Shown here: positions 40,751-52,000 of the stretch, in pieces | Position numbering within the stretch: position 1 is the first letter of the stretch | Layout: every line of letters begins with the position of its first letter | Assembly: GCF_001194135.2 (NCBI RefSeq) | Contig: NC_069003.1 | Span: 35,389,723-35,450,642, forward strand | Direction of reading: 5' to 3' | DNA from: Octopus bimaculoides | Taxonomy: Eukaryota | DNA length: 60,920 bases | Translations under genes and position numbers: made by a program | Notes under the pieces: generated by a model | Database searches by the model: none | Seen by the model: only the letters and a program-made list of their open reading frames with translations | What the model was told of the DNA's origin: nothing

Positions 40751-42116
40751 ACTATCTATCTTCTGACTATTAAAGACGACTGCCCGAGTGTAGCTGTTAA
40801 AACACCTGCTCTGTCGAGTCTATATTGCACTTTCAATTCCTGGAGAAAACCATTTAACCATTTCACTTCATTTACGTCACTAATTCACTGAATGCCACAA
40901 CTTCCCATTTTCTCCTCCCCAGAAGTGTTTCGGTGATATTCTACATGCATTCGTAGAATCTAATCCTGGAAATAAAGAATAAAAAATATATTTCGCCGTT
41001 GCCGTTTATAAACTATACATCTCATGAAACACTTTTGTTCTTAGAGACCTTCTGGTGTAATTAAAACTTATAATTATTTCCTTCAACTCTTACTATATCA
41101 AATATCTCTTATCTTTTGAACAGCCACCAAACCAGCCACATTTCATCCGCGCCATTTTTTTTTTCATCTCTTCTCTCTTTTCCAGGATCTTATTATTTTA
41201 TTCAATTTGATTGGCATCAAACTGTTCATGGTTTACTGGAAATCATGCTCTTCTCCAGTTTCAAGCAGTCCTTTTGATTCTAATTGACTTAGTCAACATC
41301 TGACACGGATGCTGGGCCTGTATTTCTTGTGAGTGGGTGGGCGAGAGTGGAAAGGCAACTCGACAGATTAAAGATTATGACAAATGTTTCGATTTTTATC
41401 ACCTCATCACGACACAAAGCAACAATAGCAACAACAATCAGAAAAAAATTTTGATTGGGGTTCCCATCTATATTTCTATTTTTCTTTTTCATAATTTAAA
41501 TAGAAAAATCTGAAAGCCCATGCTTTCAAACGAGGTCGTCTGCAATGTCTTTATATATTTACCAGTGGAGTGTATTCAACATGATGTCAGAGCCGTCTCA
41601 TCCACTCGGTTCGCCTAGCGTTTTCTTTTTTCTACGATCTCCCATAAGCGCTCTCCTTATTGTTTTCATTTCGACTAATAACAAAAATTCAATGCATTTT
41701 AGCAGGTAGAGAACAGAAGATATATAACATTACGTTTCTCAAATACATTATTGGTGTAAGATAAATGAAAATGCTCCAAACGGAGATTAGATTTATATCT
41801 TTGTTTGTTTGTTCCAGGAGTAGACATCTTCTACGTTACTTGCATCAGGTCAATAATTCTCTGGCTCTGTAGAATATAGACAAAATAAAAAGGTGGAAGC
41901 TTTTCAAAATGTAGGTTATACAGCTTCTCGCTGTAAACAGAAGGAATATTGTATAATAGACAAGTGTTGAGTTGAATTACACTGCAAATATGAAATATTA
42001 ACGACATGGTTCCATCATAATTGTGACGGTTGATTATTTCTTGTAACAATATGGCGAACCACATTTTTGCCAGAAACAGTATTTAACATATCCAACCGAC
42101 ATTCGTGATAACGCTC

Positions 42117-42331
42117 AAAGGCGGCGAGCTGGGAGAATCATTAGCACGCCGGGCGAAATGCTTGGCGCTATTTCGTCGGTCTTCACGTTGTGAGTTCAAA
42201 TTCCACCGAGGTCGACTTTGTCTTTCATCCTTCCGGGGTCGATAAATTAAGTGCCAGTTGCATACTGCGGTTGATATAATCGACTGGCCTTCTCCCCCCA
42301 AATGTCGGGATTTGTGCTTAGAGTAGAAAAG
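42117..42331 (+). mobile_element. tRNA-derived SINE family A, full length, with 34-bp flanking duplication
   Basis: aaaggcggcgagctgggagaatcattagcacgccgggcgaaatgc...gagttcaaattcc...gagtagaaaag. Direct repeats at 42081-42114 and 42333-42366. Confidence 0.92.
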
Positions 42332-43359
42332 CATTTAACACATCCAACCGACACATGTGATAACGCCCAGTCACTATTACATTACGGCTAAAATTCATGC
42401 ATATTAAATACCTTAACATATTTTCCATTTGTAATTCGTGTTATATATTACATATCCATTTATATAACATTCTGACATTGAATATTCTGTAATCGAATTC
42501 TTTGTTAAAGTCTATAAACTGAACTAATCTCCTTCCATCTACAAGAGACCTTGTAGACTCCAGCCAAGGGTATTACCATTAAGCTAAACTGGTTATATAT
42601 ATATATATATATATATATGGTTTCCGATATTTTTATAAAGAGCAAGTGCATTTGTTCAGTGATTACAAATATTTAGAATATACATGCATTCTTCGCTGTG
42701 TGTCTTGAATTATTTTCATTGTGTCACACATTATTTTACTGGTTTATATATCTATGTATGTACTCACACACACACAGAGAATCATACGCACACACACACA
42801 CATCTATATCCATAAACATACACATGCACGTACTATAAATACATATATACATGTATATGTATACCTTTGCATGTATATATAAATATGTGTGTGTATGTGT
42901 GTGTGTGTGTATGTGTGTGTGTGTGTATGTGTGTGTGTGTGTATGTGTGTGTGTGTGTATGTTGATATACTGTATATGTAGGCCTGTATTCGTGCGTGTT
43001 TATTAAATATGTACATGTGTGGATGAGTGTCTGTGAGCGTGTGCATGCGTTTCTTTACGTGTGCGTGTTTGTGTGTGGGGGAGTGTGTGTGTGTGTGTGT
43101 GTGTGTACAGGTTTAAGTCACGTTAGACGAAGAAAGAACCCCTGATGGTTCTCCTTCGGATGATGTGTGTCTATAAAGTGAAATTCTACGAAGAAGGAGA
43201 GTAAACATCTGGAACTTATCTACAGATCAAAGCGAGTCTTTGAAAGCAACGTTGAAACAATGCTGCTGCCGGAAAGACTGGGAAACGTACGCTCTTAGTG
43301 AAATATTCGTACAAGTCGAAGCGAAAAGTGAACAAGAAGCAGTACACGCACGCACGCAC

Positions 43360-43400
<41 letters not shown>

Positions 43401-43720
43401 ATCGTAAAGTTAAATAGTAAAGAAGGCCGTGATATAAATCTGTAAAATGTCTTGTAAATAGGAAATAGGACAAGTTGTTTAAAAACTGTTTTAGTTCTCT
43501 CTATTAAACTCGTCATTTGTCAAAATGTTTTAGCTTTTACCGTAATATAACTTAGTGTTTTCTTTTATGCAAACTAATAAAATAAGATGTTACACGGTGA
43601 CGAACAGTAAAAGTTTCCTTTTTTTCTATTTTGCTGNNNNNNNNNNNNNNNNNNNNNNNNNNNNNNNNNNNNNNNNNNNNNNNNNNNNNNNNNNNNNNNN
43701 NNNNNNNNNNNNNNNNNNNN

Positions 43721-44297
43721 AAATACCAATCGGGATTTACTTGGTTCTTGACGTTCTCATTTCAAATCCCACCGGGTTCAACTTATCCTTTGGGGGTCGA
43801 TAAAGTAAAGTACCAGTCAAGTACTAGGGTTGATGCAATATACTAACCCCCGCCCCCACTACCCGATGCCAAAGTTGGAAAAAGATAAGTTTGCACGTCG
43901 GGTAAAATACTTAGCAGCATTTCGCTTGTCTTTACGTTTTGAGTTCAAATTCCACCGAGGTCAACTTTGCCTTTCATCCTTTAGGGGTCGATGAAATGAT
44001 TACCGGTTCAGTACTGGGGTCGATGTAATCGACTTCGCCCCTTTCCCCAAATTTTAGATTTTGTGCCTATAGTAGAAAGGATTCTTATCCTTATCATCGT
44101 CATCATGAAAGATATTAGATTGGCCAAATCGTTAGAATGTTCCAAGAAATTCCTAGTGTAATTTCTTTCGGCATTTTCTGCTCTGATTTCAAATCCCGAT
44201 CAGATCCATATTGCCTCTTATCCTCCCACTGCAGATAATCAACTAACTTCTTCCCCTAAAACTACGAGCTTTGTGTCTAAATTCGAAAAAGTTATTA
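43721..44297 (+). mobile_element. Chain of three SINE family A copies (about 43721-43885, 43892-44083, 44117-44297 degenerate)
   Basis: Repeated ttcaaat(t/c)cc B-box-like motif. The first two copies also carry ggggtcgat..gtacc/gtact..gatg bodies. Confidence 0.78.
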
Positions 44298-44686
44298 TTT
44301 GCTAATGTAAAGCTTGTCGATTATTTGTCCAATTAATTAAAAGCATTCTTACTGTTTGTTTTGTGGCAAAACTGACCCAGAGATTAAGGAAGGTGCGGGG
44401 GTTGACTTGGTTTACTCAGTTGTCCTTCAAAAGATTCTGAAATCTGAAAACGAGAAGATAAGTAAGTTAAGAGGGAAGGCGGTGCCGAAGACCCTTTTCA
44501 GGCAATCCGATGCTGGTGGTAAGGAGATCGGTGGTCCTAAACCAGTGACTAGGCCAGAATGCTTACACAGAATGAACTCCACTAAAGTAGCCACGATGTT
44601 AAATAAGGGAAAGTGGGCCATGATTGAATTTAAACTCAGAAGGCAAAGAAAGGAAACAAATACTGCAACGCATCCGATCCGATGTT

Positions 44687-44880
44687 CCAACATTCTGCTA
44701 TTCCAACATTCCAACATTCCAACATTCCAACATTCTAACAGTTCTGCTATTCCAACATTCTGCTATTCCAACATTCTGCTATTCCAACATTCTGCTATTC
44801 CAACATTCTGCTATTCCAACATTCCAACATTCCAACATTCTAACAGTTCTGCTATTCCAACATTCTGCTATTCCAACATT
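44687..44880 (+). repeat. Variant minisatellite of 8/9-bp units (A=ccaacatt, B=ctgctatt, C=ctaacagtt)
   Basis: Parsed exactly as ABAAAACBABABABABAAACBABA, 24 units, 194 bp. Confidence 0.95.
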
Positions 44881-44884
44881 CTGG

Positions 44885-45965
44885 ATTTAAAACTTTATTT
44901 ATCGGTCTCGCTGCATCTTAACACTCTAACAATGATATTGAAGGAGCTTGGGGTACTACACTACATGATCTTACTACTTACAAGCCTGAAATTAAAATAC
45001 ATGATGACTTCAACAACAAGAAACACTCCACTCGCACAATTCTAGCTACCATCAACAAGAGCAAAAACACCAATTCCATTCCCTGTTACTCTTTTATGCC
45101 TAAAATGCTTCACACCCCATTAAGAAACAACACACAACTCTGACTAGCAAGCAATCTGTCAAGTTGCCAAGTTTAAGATGTATACATCAACATTCCCAGA
45201 AAAAACAATTTTCCAGATAGCGTGCCGCAAAGATCCTCTTCTCCACACCTCTTAACTTGCGTCTACACGATTTTCCCACACGCTCATACACAAATGTAAT
45301 CACAATCATATTTCTATTACTTATGCGCCTGTATCTGCAACCGCACAACCTTACCAAACCGTACATCAATGACAAAACGGAAAAAAAGTAGCACGTGCCA
45401 AATCCCTTGTCTTCCTTCTTATTAGCAATAGCCGAGAACTATGACTACTGCCGACTACAACATTCAACTACATAAACATGCCGCATCTATAAAAGACAAA
45501 CGTAATAGGAATTGTATATACAAAACCTCAACACCGTTCCCGGTATATATGTATAAGACATAGTACAGAAAGCAACTCTCTACGGAAACTTACATGTCAT
45601 AGTGCTGAGGGAGAGGATATTTAGGTAAGGCAATGAAACAACAAATGGAGAAACAACATATTTGACCCATCATAGATTATACTCGTGTCTCTAATTTCTT
45701 TAAGACAAAGTATTACAAACTCCAAAAACACAAAACAAGTTTCGTATCATCACAGATTGTTGCAAACGAAATATTCAAAAGTAAAAACCATTTCTACATG
45801 TGAAGAGCATATTTTGTTATTGTAGCAGACTCCGGTGCTCAAAGTCCCTGTCACCACTTCATGTAAATTACCATAAACAAACTCACAACGTTCCAAGAAC
45901 TCCTCAATCTAGATAAACATAAAAAAATACCACGTAGGCACATAAAATGGCAGCTACATTAATAG
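44885..45965 (+). pseudogene. Possible highly decayed retroelement ORF1/gag-like region
   Basis: Strong A/C-rich + strand skew, long open stretches broken by isolated stops, and a degenerate CCHC-spaced motif near 45595-45640 that needs indels to restore. Confidence 0.3.
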
Positions 45966-47679
45966 CCTCCTTAACATCAAATGCTGTGTTGGGGTATATA
46001 CTGGCGAAACAAGTGTGGAGGAATGGAGACAAAGATTGAAACATAAAGAGCCTGGACACCTAGGTTTCAAATTCTCTCAACTTCAACAACAACAACTAAA
46101 CTGTCCAATTCTATATGTGATGGAGGAGTATATTAAACATTTATGGAAATATGAAAATTTCGGGGGATTAGTTGTAACAGAGCGTGCATTATTGTTGTGG
46201 ATGTCGTTGTTAGCTGCAGGTAGCCCTGATTCAGTGGATCAATGATAAAAATGTTATTTATATAAAGTGTGCTTAGTATTATTTAGAAAATGTATGTCTG
46301 CACCTCGCCATCATTTATCTCGGTATTCACATATGTAATACAGCGAGTATTTAAAGTTAACTAGAAATACTTATGAGGTGGGGAAATGTCTAATATTGTT
46401 TTGATTATTTAATAAAACCTAGTTATGTAGAAGCTGAAATGATTCAGATTTATGTTTTAAATCTCCTGTTAACAGAGAATGAAACAGTAGAGTTACATTA
46501 TATTATATTTGTTGCCTTTTCTTTAAGACAGTAGGATGTGGTTTGAGGGAGATTTGGTTGCTATTTCAAGCAGATTTGTTGAATATGTAAAGGCATCCTC
46601 ATTGACACGTAAAGCATCTACAATTTTAGGATGAAGAGTTGATAAACAGTATTTTTTTGTTAGCTGAGCTGTAATGTCATTATTACTGTTTGCTATCGTA
46701 CCAATTGATACTCTGAACGGATTAAATGTAATAAAAACATTAAATATTTATCATCAAAATGATGTCATTAACAGGGTGTTCTGTGGTTTTGGTAGGCAGG
46801 TGCATGGAAGATATAACTTAATAGAAAATTGGAAAGAAGCTTAGCCTGCATCGGGGATTACATCGGAAGAACAATAGAGAGAAAGTGTTACTGTGTAAAG
46901 ACGGAAGAGCAGCTTTTAAGAAAAGAATAAGAACAGTGTTGACTTAGGCAATATTGAATGACTTTAGCAGGAAATGTCAAGATACACTTATCCCGAGAGC
47001 CTATGGAAGATGATCGAGGTAGAAAGGACAGTTTTATTAATATTTACAGTGTTCAAGAAGATATTTACTATATTTAGTTTTGTATTTCCATATCCTCAAT
47101 TTAGTTCATAACATAGCTTTACTTTCGATATGCATCACCATCCTCAACCTCGTTAGCCAAACCTTTCAACAACTGACCTTGTAAATTATAAGCATAAAGT
47201 TTTTAAAAGTTACTTTCAGCAAAAAGCTTTGGGAAAAGCTATAAAAAAGGAAATTTTTCGTTGAGTGCTTAATTGTTGATATTGGAAGATCCTGAGAAAC
47301 TCGCCAAAAACAAGAACAAATAATAAGAGAGGACAAAAAAAGAAACCCATAAAAAACTAAAAAACAAGACCTATTTAATGGCGGAAAACATAAAGCATAT
47401 TAAGTCTTGTGGAATATTTCTGTGAAAATATACAATATTATTGATTCCGACTCAGTTTTGTTCGCTCAATACCAAGACGTCTGAGTATTCCGATACTATG
47501 CTATAATGACATACTTTTCTCTCGTTTTGTCTGTTGTGTATCATACTTCTTCAAGTTGGATGTAAGTCGACGTTTTCAATTTCCAGCTCGGTTATCCATT
47601 GATTATTGAAAAAAACTACGGACTAGATATTACATCACAATATATGACAATTCCACTTATTATTATTATTATTATTATT

Positions 47680-48031
47680 GTTCAGTAGTTTTATTTTTAT
47701 AACGTGCTTTCACTTCACTACCGAGCGCAGCTTTGTGCGCCTTGGGTATGTACTGTGGCTTGCTGTGGTGCTCTTATGTTTACTGTATTGAAAGTGTTTT
47801 GCGTAGGATGTGTGCAGTACCCAGTAGTGCAATTTTCTGTATGTTATATATATTTGTAAGTCCTGGTATTTTTGTTATGTATTTGTCTGAATATTTTTTT
47901 ATTATACCTAAAGCACCTACTATGATAGGAATTGTTTCTGTTTTTAGATTCCACATTCGAGTTATCTCTATTTCCAGGTCTTTGTATTTTGAAAGTTTTT
48001 CCATTTCTTTTAGAGAAACGTTGTCATCTGC
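47680..48031 (-). mobile_element. R4/Dong-clade non-LTR retrotransposon, short 5'-truncated copy inside a (TAA)n array
   Basis: Minus frame ADDNVSLKEMEKLSKYKDLEIEITRMWNLKTETIPIIVGALGIIKKYSDKYITKIPGLTNIYNIQKIALLGTAHILRKTLSIQ* is uninterrupted and followed by about 100 nt of 3'UTR. Flanked on the + strand by (tta)n at 47657-47679 and about 48032-48096. Confidence 0.92.
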
Positions 48032-48086
<55 letters not shown>

Positions 48087-48897
48087 CATTATTATTGTTA
48101 CTAGCAGAAAGACCGCCCTCCTGGCTGTTTTCTACTTGCCACTTGATAATATTTTCACATTTGATTCCCATTTCTAATAATTTTTATATTTTACGTCTAA
48201 TTATTTCTTTGTATAATAGTGCTCACTTGCTTAGTAAATATTGCTTTCATTATTTTATCACAGTTATAATCTTTTTTTAAAAAAAAACAAACCTCACGGT
48301 AGTCCAACAACGGAGGGAGAAGCAGTTTGTCAAGTTTTACCTTCCCCTCAAAGCAACATAGAGATTTCAATTAAGCAGCCCATCTGTAAGCTTTGCAGGG
48401 TGAGTGTGGAAGAGAGGGGCGAGAGAGAACATTGCAAACAATGAATGAAATAAGCATGAAATAAAGATATCGTATAAATTAAAGGGCATTACTACAGATG
48501 TACCTGCCCCCTAATTTGTTGCCTCATAACATCCAGAAAAATGGATTCGTTTTAACAAAATTTTCTACAAATACCACTTAGATGTTGTGGCTTCAGAGTA
48601 TATAGGGATTTATGGGAAAGAATTTTTGTGATGGGGTGGAGAGAGGAGTTTCAGAAAAGGGAAGCAACAGATGGCTGTCCAAGAAGCAGTCTATATGGTT
48701 TTCATGGTCAAGATTACAATCCAGGTTTTATGTTTTCTTCAAGTACCCATATCTCATTACCTCCTTACGCATATACAAGACTTCTACTATGTTTCTATCT
48801 TGTCCTTTGTAAACTCCTACTTCCTACTTTACTTTGAGCCCTTCTGGCTAATAAAGAAATTATAATTTTATTTTTATTATACTTATTATCCAATACT

Positions 48898-49098
48898 AAG
48901 GCGACGCGCTGGCCGAATTGTCAGCGCGTCGGAGAAAACACTTAGCAGCATTTTTTCGATCGCTTTGTGTTCAATTGCTGCCTTTCATTCTTTCTGGGTC
49001 AAGAAAAAAAAAGGTAGCAGTCAAGTACCGGGTTCCATCTAATCGACTGTCTCCCTCTCCCTAAAACCGCTGTCCTTGTGTCAATCTTTGGAACCATT
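48898..49098 (+). mobile_element. SINE family A, internally deleted
   Basis: aaggcgacgcgctggccgaattgtcagc head, ttgctgcctttcattctttctgggtc body, tttggaaccatt tail. Confidence 0.78.
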
Positions 49099-52000
49099 AG
49101 TATAACTGTTGCTACCACTCTCACTATTACCACTTGTAGTAGCAACAGACTGTAAATTAATTGCAGTCTTACACTAAAAATAAAGATTAAGTTGATGAGA
49201 TAGAAATATAAACGGCATAAAAATTGAATAAAGATTAGAGAAAGGAAGAGGGAGAAAGAGTAAAGGAAAAAAGGGTTAGAAAACGGCGTGTTTAAGAAAT
49301 GGATAAAGGCGTAGGTGTTGGTATGTTAAGGAAATCGTGTGAGACATTTAGATTGGAAATGAGGAAATATTAATTGAAATTGAGAGAAATAGTGGGGGGA
49401 GGGAGTGAGAGAAAGGCAAAGAGGCGAAGGATGAATATATGGAACAAAATTTCAAATGTTTGTCATTAACTACCACAGTCATTAACAAGTATAGTCATTA
49501 ACCTCCATATTAATTGTATAAAATCTGCCGAGTCCAATCTGAATAACGAACTAACAACATTAGAAATAGGAACCGTCTCGGTAATTGAGGTGGCTGGCGA
49601 GAATATTTTCTATCATAGGTTCGCTACTCACCCCCAAGCGAGAATTGAACTTAGCTTCGTGAGGTTGCGAAGTACTCATGAAGCAACCAGAAGTCCAGCT
49701 ACTTACACCGATGACTAATACCTACAAAGGATGGAATCAACAAAGATGACTCCAAACGGTTGCTTGACCAACTAAAATCGGCGCCAAGGTCGCCCTCAGA
49801 TTACAACTTTACTGTCTTAAAAGGACAAACTCGATGCACTGTGTATCTTAGAAAAGACGGTGTGGTCACGGTTGTAATATTTTTTATCATAGCTCTGTCC
49901 CATCAGGACTGGCCCCGGTCTAAAACAGAATTACAGCAACAACCGACTGATGGTTTTTACTTACAGTTAGATAAAGTAAACCATTGACTGGGTATGAATC
50001 AACATGTTTTCGACTCGGTCAGCAACGGTTCTTCTTGGAAATTACCTTCTCATGGATTATCACATGGATTGTTTTTACCAGAAACCAAGGAATTCGTGAA
50101 GGAAACAATGATGTAAGTCTTTCAATTTTAAATGCTATAATTTGGACGGTCAATTCTGAAATGAACGTAGAGTTGATTGTTATTGTTTTATGCGTTCCTT
50201 AGACTTTCTCACTCGATAGACTTGATACAGTTAACGCAATAATATGCAAAGTATATGGAAGAAAGAAAATGACTTTTAACAGGGTGCGTTAAATGACAGG
50301 AAGATTAATTTTTAAGATAGGTGGTACAGGCTAAGGCAGCTGCTGCAACAGTTTTCAGAGTCACATCAGTCGCATATGGCAACTGGAGCATAGCCAGAAG
50401 GGAAGAAAACGAAATCTCAGCAGCGTTAGCACCAGATGCCATCAGCGACCAAAAAAACTAAGAGGAGGTCTTTTCAGCTGGCAGCAGCAGGACCAACGCC
50501 ATCGTCTTGCAGTGTAGGTAAGGAAATGGAGTCCAAAGAAGAGCAGAAACTGTCAGGAGGAGGATAAAAAGTTATGTGGCGTTCTGAATTAAACACTCCG
50601 AGATAGCTATTTGCGATTGTTTATACCCTGATTTCAAACCCTACTGGTATCACCATCGACTTTCTTTCCTCTGGGGTCAATAAACAAAGGACAGGTTATA
50701 CGCAAGCTTCATTCAATCGATTATGTTATCTTTAAATACGTTTCATTTGAGAAGTCATCATTATTATCATTGTACAAATCGTTATTCTTTCGTGTAGCCC
50801 TCTCATGGAAAGCTTGGTTGCAAACCGATATAAGAAATATAAAATTGTTTTATATTTTCAGGAATGTGTATATAAAATTTTATGATAAGTCTACGGCTAA
50901 TATAGCTGTGTTATTTTATTACCCACAAGCCATAAAACAGAAAAAAAATCCTGATTGCGTTACTTTTACGACATTCCAAACGTTATCACGCAGAGATTAA
51001 AATTTGGCTGATTTTATATTTTTGCAAAATTTCATTGTCTTCTTTTTATAAAAGTAATTCATTTTTCTATAAACAGTTTCTTTGCAATGGGTTTGCTTTA
51101 ACGTAAACGATTTTGGTCATCATCATCATCGTCGTCGTCGACATCGTTATTAGCGAATGTTGAGCTATTCACAGTCATATTTGCAATGATCACGGTCCCG
51201 ATCGAAAACAAAAACACAAATTTAAAAACTATACATACATACATACATACATACGCACGCACGCACGCACGCACAAGCACACACACACACACAGAAAATG
51301 GCGACAATTATACTAGCAAGGTTATGGAATGGCGTTTATGCCTTAATAAATCCACAGAAAAGTAGAAGTGTTATAAACAACAGAAAACGGTATAAAACAG
51401 AGTTATGCAAGACAAATGATCAGTGCATTGTATAAGATTTGTCTGTATGTAGCATAAACCCTGATTTGAACATTTATAGTCATGAGACATTTTCATTTGT
51501 TCGGAAATGCTGGTTAACAATTAACTTTAAGATGATTGCTTTAAGACTGAAGATTAAGACATGTTCAGGGCCAACGAAATTTTACTTAACATAAAATTTC
51601 AAGTTTCAACTTCTTTATCTAACTTCAATCTTCTGATAAATAAACCCCATAAATTGAATCAATAGAAATGCTTGTATTTGAGAATGTTAGTAATTCAAAA
51701 TTTAAATGTTACTTTGAAAGTTGTAATGAATGCCTTAATATAATTTCATATCGGTAGCAAGTGTTCAAAGACATGAATTCTGATTAATTTAGCCATTAGC
51801 GTTGAGTTATATGTATTGAGTGGAAGTGTATGTGGTGGATGTGAGGAAGTATAGGAAGAAAGAGAAAAGGAAGGCCAGAAACAAAGTGAAGATGAAAGAA
51901 ATGGTGGTGGTGGTGGTGGTGGTGGTGGTGAAGGTGGTCGTGGTGGTGGTCGTGGAGGTGGTCGTGGTTTTAGGGACGGAAATCCAAAGAAGAATAAAAT

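Noticed and set aside
40262-40891. 209-aa ORF as a complete gene
   Set aside because: Only 40298-40444 is coding; the rest is read-through of intron and trinucleotide repeats past a clear gtaagt donor.
44356-44686. Basic 110-codon frame before the minisatellite as a gene
   Set aside because: Starts at a non-ATG codon, no recognisable family or splice structure; ORF length is inflated by the repeat.
44687-44880. CRISPR-like array
   Set aside because: No unique spacers, units only 8-9 bp, eukaryotic context, no cas genes.
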